DNA of 39,081 nucleotides from a virus. The notes beneath the pieces are model-generated. The model ran no database searches. It was not told where the DNA came from and saw nothing but the letters and a program-made list of their open reading frames with translations. The stretch is taken from positions 1 to 39,081 of IMG/VR virus record IMGVR_UViG_3300023082_000006; one strand, 5' to 3'. This document shows positions 32,534 to 39,081 of the stretch, piece by piece (position 1 is the first letter of the stretch; the number at the start of each line of letters is the position of its first letter). The translations under genes and the position numbers were made by a program.

Positions 32534-33664
32534 ATGGCCGAAGTCATCATCAACAGCAATCTTAATGAGACCAAGTGGCTCATTAATGATTACTACAAGC
32601 CCTACATTCGCCAGTCCGGTTTCGACCGCTACATGGGCGAGGGCTCCGACGCGGTTTTCCGCGTGTTCAACGAATCCAAGACTGACGGCGGCAAGGACAT
32701 CGTTGTTCCGCTGCTGGGCGTCATCAAGAACGCTGGCGTTTCCGGTTCGCAAGTTCTGGAAGGCAACGAAGTCGATCTGGAGCAGTTCGCCGACAAGGTC
32801 ACCACCAACTGGCGTCGTAACGCCATCAAGGTGCCGAAGTCGAACTCCTATCGTTCGAACATGGACATCCTGCGCGCTGCCGGTCCTTCGCTCCGCGACT
32901 GGGCCGCTCGTATCGTCCTGAAGACCGGCATCATCGACAACCTGAACGGCATCGTCCTGCCGGGCGCTATCGGTGCTGACGGCTTCTATGCCGCTGACAC
33001 CGTGACGACCTACGCTGCTGCTTCGGCTGCTCAGCGTAACGCCTACATCGTGGCCAACGCTGACCGCGTTCAGTTCGGCGCTCTGGTGTCGAATGCCTCG
33101 TCCGGCGTCATGGCGACCGCTCTGGCCACGCTGGACAACACCGACGACAAGATGTCTACCGCGATCCTCGATCTGGCGCGTGAACGGGCTGCTGCGACTG
33201 CGGACATTGCGTCCACTGGTCCGGCTATCAATCCGTACATGACCCAGAGCGGCGAAGAATGGTACGTCGTTTTCGTCAACCGTCGTCAGATGCGCGACCT
33301 GCGCCGTGATCCGGTCATGATGGCGGCTAATCGCGAAGCCATGCCGCGCGGTGAGGACAACCCCCTGTTCCGCAACGGCGACCTGCTGTGGAACGGCATG
33401 ATCATCAAGGAGGTCGCTGACCTTCCTGTGATCCCCGGTGCCGGTGCTGCCGGTATCGACGTCGCTCAAGCCACGCTGGTTGGTCAGTCGGCTCTTGCGA
33501 TTGCATGGGGTCAGCGCCCTCGCCTGATCACGGACAACTCGCAGGACTACGAGTTCCGCCCCGCCCGTGCCATCGAAGAACTGATCGGCATCAAGAAAAC
33601 GTCCTTCCAGGGCGTCCAGTACGGCTCGTACAACATCTACACGGCGGCTGCGGCCTCCCTGTAA
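32534..33664 (+). CDS. Major capsid protein (HK97 fold, N4-gp56-like pattern)
   Basis: 376 aa in the coat position, followed by a strong hairpin. The N-terminal region (W..NDYYKPYIRQSGFDRYMGEG...FRVFNESKTDGGKDIVVPLLG...GNEVDLE) resembles N4-gp56-family coat proteins. Confidence 0.85.
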   Translation: MAEVIINSNLNETKWLINDYYKPYIRQSGFDRYMGEGSDAVFRVFNESKTDGGKDIVVPLLGVIKNAGVSGSQVLEGNEVDLEQFADKVTTNWRRNAIKVPKSNSYRSNMDILRAAGPSLRDWAARIVLKTGIIDNLNGIVLPGAIGADGFYAADTVTTYAAASAAQRNAYIVANADRVQFGALVSNASSGVMATALATLDNTDDKMSTAILDLARERAAATADIASTGPAINPYMTQSGEEWYVVFVNRRQMRDLRRDPVMMAANREAMPRGEDNPLFRNGDLLWNGMIIKEVADLPVIPGAGAAGIDVAQATLVGQSALAIAWGQRPRLITDNSQDYEFRPARAIEELIGIKKTSFQGVQYGSYNIYTAAAASL

Positions 33665-33678
33665 ATACTAACCATTCC

Positions 33679-33706
33679 CCCCGGCCAGCAATCCCGTTGG
33701 CCGGGG
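33679..33706 (+). terminator. Strong hairpin after the coat gene (attenuator or RNA-stability element)
   Basis: CCCCGGCCA-N10-TGGCCGGGG, a perfect 9-bp stem. No T-tract follows. Confidence 0.5.
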
Positions 33707-33726
33707 AAACGGTAGGAGACTAAATC

Positions 33727-34182
33727 ATGGCTGTTTTCAACAGTAACGCTATCTCGACCGGCGCTCCGGTTCCCGGCTTCGGTGCTGGCGGCGGACAAGT
33801 CCGCACCCAGTACACGATCCTGAACCTGCCAGTTGGCGCGACCACCACCGACACCATCAACTTCTTCAAGCTGCCTCAGGGCGCGCGTGTTCTGCGTGTC
33901 CTTGGTAAGAACTCGGCCCTCGGCGCTGGTACCCTCAACGTGGGTGATGCCGGCTATCTGGGTGCTGATGGTGTGGCCGTCGTGGCTGACCCTGACCGCT
34001 ACGTCGCGGCTCAGGCCGTTACGACTGCGGGTCAGTGGAACACGCTGGCCCTGACCGGCCTGTTCGTGAAACTGGGTCGTTACCCGGTTATGATCACCGG
34101 CCAGTTCGCTGCTGGTACGACCACGACCGCTGGTACGGTCGAACTGGCTATCGAATACACCGTTGAGGAACCGCAAGCATGA
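33727..34182 (+). CDS. Virion structural protein (possible head decoration protein)
   Basis: 151 aa with beta-rich, Gly/Ala/Thr-rich composition, directly after the coat gene and preceded by a GGAG RBS. Confidence 0.7.
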   Translation: MAVFNSNAISTGAPVPGFGAGGGQVRTQYTILNLPVGATTTDTINFFKLPQGARVLRVLGKNSALGAGTLNVGDAGYLGADGVAVVADPDRYVAAQAVTTAGQWNTLALTGLFVKLGRYPVMITGQFAAGTTTTAGTVELAIEYTVEEPQA

Positions 34183-34508
34183 GTGCTGTAACCTACATCG
34201 GGGAGTATCCGGCTGACTCGGATTCTATCGAGCAGTACGGTTACACGTTCGAACGCGGTAAGTCGGTCAACGTAACTGACAAGACGCATCTGGAAAAGCT
34301 GTCTGCCAACCGTTTCTTCAAGACGGCGGACAGCGACAAGAAGCAGGTGTCTGCGGCTGAGGATGAGGCTGAGAAGGCCGAAATCCAGACGTTGCAGGCA
34401 TATCTGCGCGAAGAGAACGTGCCATTCCATCACAAGCAAGGGCTTTCGAGCCTGCGCGACCTGAAGGAAAAGCACGAAGCGGCCAAGGCTAAGGCCTCGC
34501 AAGACTGA
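34179..34508 (+). CDS. Hypothetical protein (head-completion region)
   Basis: 109 aa with an ATGA overlap and a Lys/Glu-rich C-terminus. Confidence 0.7.
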   Translation: MSAVTYIGEYPADSDSIEQYGYTFERGKSVNVTDKTHLEKLSANRFFKTADSDKKQVSAAEDEAEKAEIQTLQAYLREENVPFHHKQGLSSLRDLKEKHEAAKAKASQD

Positions 34509-35152
34509 TGGTAACGACCCGCGACATCATTACGAGTGCGCTGAAGAAACTCGGCGTGCTTCGTGCTGGCGGGTCTGCAAGCGACGGGGCGGCAACCGAT
34601 GCGTTGTCGTCCCTGTCGTCCTTTTACCAGGAACTGATTACGAACGGGACGTGCGGACGGATTCGCAACATCCCGATTGGCGCTGAGACGGACGGAACCT
34701 CCGGCATTAACCAGCACATCAACGTGCTGACGGAAGACGCGGTCAACATCACCCTGCCGTCAGTCGTGCCCTATTCCTATTGGGGCACGTGGCGTCCGTG
34801 CCGGGATTACGGCTGGGGTCTAAATGTCCCGTTCGGGGGCAACGACAGCAACAACGTTCCACAAGACAAATCAATCGTGCGCATTACGGACCAATATGGC
34901 TCAGGTCGCGCAACGTACATCTACGACGGCACAATCCAGCGCTGGATGCGGATTGATGAACTGACGCTGGATGATGAAGCGCCGTTGAGCGCTCGGAATA
35001 GCGACGGGCTGGCGGCTATCATGGCCCTGCGTCTCGCAGACCAGTACGGGGACAGCTTGATCAGTCAGGCAACTCCGCTTGCCGCATCGAAATACCGGAT
35101 GGCGCTCGTGATGAACTACGGCAATGCCGATGTGGAAACCTGCGGATGGTAA
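34508..35152 (+). CDS. Head-to-tail adaptor (P22 gp4-like)
   Basis: The N-terminus DIITSALKKLGVLRAGGSASDGAATDALSSLSSFYQEL parallels P22 gp4 [37 protein letters not shown] (recalled from memory). Confidence 0.65.
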   Translation: MVTTRDIITSALKKLGVLRAGGSASDGAATDALSSLSSFYQELITNGTCGRIRNIPIGAETDGTSGINQHINVLTEDAVNITLPSVVPYSYWGTWRPCRDYGWGLNVPFGGNDSNNVPQDKSIVRITDQYGSGRATYIYDGTIQRWMRIDELTLDDEAPLSARNSDGLAAIMALRLADQYGDSLISQATPLAASKYRMALVMNYGNADVETCGW

Positions 35153-36846
35153 CGGTTACGCTGCCGGATGACGGCGACTCGCAGGTTGATATTTCGCTGC
35201 CGCGCGCGACGGGCACGGCTGCAACGATTGCGGTTGGAACCGTCACAGAGGGCACGCCCCTTTCAATCGTTAACTCCGGAACGTCGACGGCGGCGGTATT
35301 CGACTTCACTATTCCAGCTGGTGGCGGGGTTAGTCCTCCGTTCGCCATTAGCGACACGACCGGTCTGCAAGCATCTCTGGACGGAAAGCAGCCTCTTGAC
35401 GCTGACCTGACTTCGCTCGCCTCGGCTGCGGGGACAAATACGCTCTATTATCGCTCGGGCGCGGGGACGTGGTCTGCGGTGACGATTGGGTCTAACCTGA
35501 CGTTTACGGGTGGCACGCTGGCAGCGACGGGTGGTGGTGGATCGTCTCCCCCGTTCGCCATCAGCGACACCACAGGGCTCCAGACTGCGCTCGATGGGAA
35601 GCAACCTCTCGATAGCGATCTGACATCGATTGCAGCCCTGACAACTACGTCTTACGGGCGTGGACAACTGACGCTGGCCGATGCGGCTGCGGGTCGGACG
35701 TATTATGGCCTGGGGACTATTGCGACTCAGGCCGCGTCTTCCGTCGCCATCACAGGCGGGTCGATCACCGGGATCACTGACATTACGGTGGCGGACGGCG
35801 GAACCGGAGCAAGTACGGCATCTGGAGCGCGCACAAACCTCGGTCTGGTCATCGGGACGGATGTCCAAGCTTTCGATGCTGACCTGTCCGCGATTGCCGC
35901 GCTGACGGGCACGAACACGATCTATTATCGGTCTGCGGCCAACACCTGGACCGCTGTCACCATTGGCGCGAACCTGACTTTCACAGGCGGAACACTCGCC
36001 GCATCCGGTGGCGGTGGAGGTGGGGCCACATCGACCATCCAGACATTTACCGCATCAGGGACCTACACAAAGCCTGCTGGCGTCAAGAACCTGTATATCG
36101 TCGCTATCGGAGGCGGCGCGGGAGGTGGGTCGGGAAGGCGCGGGGCTACATCAACCGCGAGGTCTGGCGGCGGCGGTGGTGGCGGTGGAGGATGGTCTGA
36201 CAGGACTATCGACGCTTCTTTGATCGGTGCGACGGAAACAATCACTATCGGCGCGGCTGGCGTTGGAGGCGCTGCGATCACTGCTGACGACACTAACGGT
36301 TCGGTTGGGACGAGCGGAGGCAATACGTCATTTGGGACGTTTGTCATGGCGAACGGCGGGACCGCCCATCCTACGGCTGCCGCTGTCGCCGCTTTGTCAA
36401 CGACGACCGCCCTTGGCGGTATAGGCGGAACGATTGGCGGCGTAGGCGGGGGGACGTCTGTAACCGGGTCTGCTGTTGTTCCGGTTAGACCTTTTGGCGT
36501 CGCTCCTGGCGGTGGCGGTGGCGGTGGTAGTTTCTCGTCTGGAAACAACCGTCAAAACGGCGCTGCGGGTGGAGACTCCGGAACGGGGACCACGGCGGGC
36601 TCTAACGGGTCTTACACCCTTGGGGCCGCTGGCGGTAACGGGGTTCCTTCACTTGTCGGAGATACGGCATCAGGTGGTGGTGGAGGCGGAGGGTCTAACA
36701 TCGCTGCGGCTCAAGGCCTTGATGGCGGTAATGGGGGCTTCCCCGGAGGCGGTGGAGGAGGCGGCGGCGCATCTCTTAACGGCAATCTATCCGGAAAAGG
36801 CGGCGACGGCGGCGCTGGTTACGTAATCGTTTTCGAGACCTACTGA
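35146..36846 (+). CDS. Tail fibre with an internally duplicated module and a C-terminal glycine-rich domain
   Basis: The N-terminus GTVTEGTPLSIVNSGTSTAAVFDFTIPAG is fibre-like. PPFAISDTTGLQ(A/T)(S/A)LDGKQPLD(A/S)DLTS occurs twice, and ...YYRS..(G/N)TW(S/T)AVTIG(S/A)NLTFTGGTLAA(T/S)GGG occurs twice. The C-terminal 260 aa contain poly-Gly runs. Confidence 0.8.
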   Translation: MVTVTLPDDGDSQVDISLPRATGTAATIAVGTVTEGTPLSIVNSGTSTAAVFDFTIPAGGGVSPPFAISDTTGLQASLDGKQPLDADLTSLASAAGTNTLYYRSGAGTWSAVTIGSNLTFTGGTLAATGGGGSSPPFAISDTTGLQTALDGKQPLDSDLTSIAALTTTSYGRGQLTLADAAAGRTYYGLGTIATQAASSVAITGGSITGITDITVADGGTGASTASGARTNLGLVIGTDVQAFDADLSAIAALTGTNTIYYRSAANTWTAVTIGANLTFTGGTLAASGGGGGGATSTIQTFTASGTYTKPAGVKNLYIVAIGGGAGGGSGRRGATSTARSGGGGGGGGGWSDRTIDASLIGATETITIGAAGVGGAAITADDTNGSVGTSGGNTSFGTFVMANGGTAHPTAAAVAALSTTTALGGIGGTIGGVGGGTSVTGSAVVPVRPFGVAPGGGGGGGSFSSGNNRQNGAAGGDSGTGTTAGSNGSYTLGAAGGNGVPSLVGDTASGGGGGGGSNIAAAQGLDGGNGGFPGGGGGGGGASLNGNLSGKGGDGGAGYVIVFETY

Positions 36847-36847
36847 T

Positions 36848-37456
36848 ATGAAACGCGTCACCACAATCGGCAATCTCGTCACGAACGTCGATCATGTTTC
36901 ATCTTCAGACTCGTCAGGTTTTCAGGTCGCGGATTCCGTGCGTGTTGCACCCGGGTACACATGGAACGGAAGCACAAGCTCGCCCGTGTTCACGGCTGGT
37001 GCTCCTTTGCCTCCTCCGCCTATAATCGCGACCATGGCGGACGTTGACGCGGTATCAGCGGCTATCCCCGTGCCCGGAACGACTGCGCCTCCTGCCGTCG
37101 CAGACAACAGCGCCGAGGGCGCAGTGTCGCTTAGGTATGCGCGCGAAGACCATACGCACGCCAGCAAGGCGCGCAAGCAGATCAAGACGCAGGGCTCTGC
37201 GGCTGCGACATATACATGGGTCTATCCTGTGCCGTTCGCCTCAGGCGTTATTCCCGTCGTTTCCGCAATCGTTCAGGTGGCTGCGGGAACGACTGATCTG
37301 TTTAACGTACAAGTTATGGGCGCACCGACGAACACGCAATGTACGTTCCAGATCAATCGCGTCTCGGCTGGCTTGCTGGCCTTGCTCTTGGGCGCGCTTT
37401 CCCTGAACAGTACGCCTGTGATAAACACGCTCCACATGACCGCACTGGAGCCGTAG
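36848..37456 (+). CDS. Second tail fibre / receptor-binding protein
   Basis: 202 aa. Contains the RYAREDHTHAS motif common in fibre proteins, and a beta-sandwich-like C-terminus (YTWVYPVPFASGVIPVVSAIVQV...FQINRV). Confidence 0.65.
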   Translation: MKRVTTIGNLVTNVDHVSSSDSSGFQVADSVRVAPGYTWNGSTSSPVFTAGAPLPPPPIIATMADVDAVSAAIPVPGTTAPPAVADNSAEGAVSLRYAREDHTHASKARKQIKTQGSAAATYTWVYPVPFASGVIPVVSAIVQVAAGTTDLFNVQVMGAPTNTQCTFQINRVSAGLLALLLGALSLNSTPVINTLHMTALEP

Positions 37457-38835
37457 TGCCTGAAATCCCTCTCGGCCTAACCTCGCACAAGCGTCGCAGC
37501 ACGTGGAATCCGACTCTCCGCGCGCTGAACATGCTTGTCGAAAAGTCCGAGACGAACCAGATCAACGGCATCGATCATATCCAGCGCCCCGGTCTGGCGC
37601 TGTTCTCGGAAGTCGGCACGGGGCCAATACGTGGCGTGTTCAGGCGAGCTGGATCGATTGGCGGGGACTTCCTTGTCGCCAGCGGCGTTCAGTGGTTCCG
37701 CGTCACTCTGGGCGCGACTGTGACCCTGTTGGGTTCGCTTCCGGGTACAGACCGCACGTCAACAGCGTCCACATCCGCCAAGGCCATCACCGTCAGCGGC
37801 GGCAACGCCTACTCGACCACAGGCGGCGCACCAACGCAGATCGTCATGCCGGATTCGCGTCCGGTATCGTCCGTCGCGGAACTGAACGGGTATTTCCTGC
37901 TGACGGACGCCACTTTGGGTTCAGCCAGGGTGTACTACATTGAACCGGGCGCTACCGATCCTGGCGGTCTGGATTTCTTCTCTACGGCCAGTGTGCCGGG
38001 GAATAACGTCAAGGTTGAGCGCGTCGGGGACGAGCTGTGGTTCCTCAAAGAAGAAGGCACCGAAGTTCACGTTGCGACCGGCGATGCCGATCTGCCGTTT
38101 CAGCGGATTCCGGGCCGTAACTACGATGTCGGCACACGGGCACGCGATACGGTCTGTCGTTATGACAACTCGCTGGCTTGGGTCGGGAATGACGGCGTCG
38201 TTTATCGTGGGGACGCTTCGCCTGTGCGGTTCTCGACCCACACGATTGAGGAGCAAATCAGGAAGTCTGCACCGGAGTTTTTGAGGGCGTGGGCGTTCGA
38301 TACGGACGGACATCGCCTGTACATCCTCACGACCGAGTTTGGAACGTGGGCCTATGACGTGTCCTCGCAGCAGTGGTCGGAGTTTGGGTCCTATGGTCGT
38401 CCGTTCTGGCGCGCTCATGTAGGCGACAGCGGCGATACTTTCGTGGTCTGCGGCGATGATGAGGGAGGCTTGTTGTACCGCGTCGATCAGGAGCGCGTGA
38501 ATGACAATGGCGAGCCGATGATTCGCGAAGTGACGGGCGGTGCGCCTGTGGCTGGCGGGATGGTTCGCTGTAACAGTTTTGAACTGTACGCCACGACAGG
38601 CACGGCGACCGATCCAAACCTTTATCCGCGCGCGCGGGTTTCATGGTCAGACGATCTGGAAACGTACGGCGATTATGAAGAGGTTGCACTGCAGCCACAG
38701 GGTCGATACGGCGAACCGGTGCGTATCTGGTCGCTCGGGGCGATGCGCTATCCTGGCCGACTCTTCAAGATAACGATCACCGATGATGTCGTGGTGACGA
38801 TCTCGGCGGCTACCGTGAACGAGCCGTCTCGCTGA
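37456..38835 (+). CDS. Tail hub / packaged-DNA stabilisation protein (P22 gp10-like)
   Basis: GTG at 37456 (TAGTG overlap). The segments IQRPGLALF, IRGV, FLVASGVQWFRV, WAFDTDGHRLYILT..WAYDVSS and RLFKITITDDVVVTISA parallel P22 gp10 landmarks (from memory). Confidence 0.7.
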   Translation: MPEIPLGLTSHKRRSTWNPTLRALNMLVEKSETNQINGIDHIQRPGLALFSEVGTGPIRGVFRRAGSIGGDFLVASGVQWFRVTLGATVTLLGSLPGTDRTSTASTSAKAITVSGGNAYSTTGGAPTQIVMPDSRPVSSVAELNGYFLLTDATLGSARVYYIEPGATDPGGLDFFSTASVPGNNVKVERVGDELWFLKEEGTEVHVATGDADLPFQRIPGRNYDVGTRARDTVCRYDNSLAWVGNDGVVYRGDASPVRFSTHTIEEQIRKSAPEFLRAWAFDTDGHRLYILTTEFGTWAYDVSSQQWSEFGSYGRPFWRAHVGDSGDTFVVCGDDEGGLLYRVDQERVNDNGEPMIREVTGGAPVAGGMVRCNSFELYATTGTATDPNLYPRARVSWSDDLETYGDYEEVALQPQGRYGEPVRIWSLGAMRYPGRLFKITITDDVVVTISAATVNEPSR

Positions 38836-39081
38836 TGGTGTACAAGCTCCCAACACGTCAGGCGCGACTTCCCATCGTGGATCAGAAGGGCTTGCCTACG
38901 TCGGACTTTCTGCGGTTCCTCAATATCGATCTGATCGGATCGATTCAAACGGCGCTGAATCAGAACTCAGACGCGACAGCTGCAATCGCCCAGATCGTCT
39001 CTGATCTTCAGATCGTCGTGGCGCAGCTACAGGCCACATCCACAGCAGCGCAGGCCGCTCAACAGGCCGCAAACAACGCGC
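38835..39081 (+). CDS. N-terminal part of the needle-like gene that continues at base 1 (partial in the linear window)
   Basis: The ATG shares one base with the upstream TGA. MVYKLPTRQARLPIVDQKGLPTSDFLRFLNIDLIGSIQTALNQNSDATAAIAQIV... has no stop before the window end and is in phase with 1..570. Confidence 0.75.
   Translation, partial: MVYKLPTRQARLPIVDQKGLPTSDFLRFLNIDLIGSIQTALNQNSDATAAIAQIVSDLQIVVAQLQATSTAAQAAQQAANNA
38955..39081. repeat. Terminal direct repeat, copy 2 (identical to 1..127)
   Basis: See copy 1. Confidence 0.9.

Noticed and set aside
36100-36800. GGC/GGT-rich tandem repeats that might be taken for a microsatellite or CRISPR-like array
   Set aside because: They lie in frame within the fibre gene and encode poly-Gly linkers. 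There is no repeat-spacer periodicity.

Overview
This window is a complete, circularly closed dsDNA phage genome. Bases 1..127 are identical to 38955..39081, so the unique length is 38,954 bp, and one structural gene runs across the junction.

General character:
- The sequence is GC-rich. One typical 60-nt window I hand-counted (12601..12660) is 60% GC.
- Genes are tightly packed, with many ATGA/GTGA/TAATG start-stop overlaps.
- I found no tRNA, rRNA, CRISPR array, integrase or obvious lysogeny repressor.

Genome layout:
1. Packaging and morphogenesis (+ strand, about 27.5 kb through the junction to 8.06 kb) follows P22-like synteny: terS, terL, portal, scaffold, coat, gp4-like adaptor, two extra fibre genes, gp10-like hub, a coiled-coil needle-like gene spanning the junction, three large ejection proteins (one carrying an SLT lytic transglycosylase domain) and a beta-helix tailspike. 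The coat protein looks like the N4-gp56 type.
2. Lysis cassette (8.06-9.93 kb): three membrane proteins plus an endolysin with a peptidoglycan-binding domain, closed by a bidirectional hairpin. No spanin was recognised.
3. Leftward early operon (9.97-17.89 kb, - strand) of about 28 small genes, mostly of unknown function. It includes a compact C5-methyltransferase-like protein, a KGG-repeat stress-protein homologue, several Cys-cluster proteins and at least four small membrane proteins, three of which fall below the 60-aa ORF-track cutoff.
4. Divergent control region (17.89-18.02 kb).
5. Rightward early/replication operon: an acidic first gene, an HTH protein, a GcrA-like regulator, two winged-helix proteins, an SF2 helicase, a SLOG/DUF2493-like protein and a VRR-NUC nuclease.
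6. Inverted recombination module (21.9-24.6 kb, - strand): SSB, an unknown 201-aa protein, a DEDDh exonuclease and a YqaJ exonuclease.
7. A Cro-like HTH gene and a P4-alpha-like primase-helicase.

The GcrA-like gene points to an alphaproteobacterial host.

Most interesting loci:
- A 240-bp non-coding iteron cluster (GGTGGCGCAA in both orientations) plus a DnaA-box-like site, directly downstream of the primase-helicase.
- An SSB whose canonical DDDIPF tip is masked by a 10-aa extension.
- A primase zinc-ribbon that has lost three of its four zinc ligands.
- A regulator-dense early operon.
- Two small low-GC accessory modules.

All functional calls come from motif recognition by eye. No database search was run.
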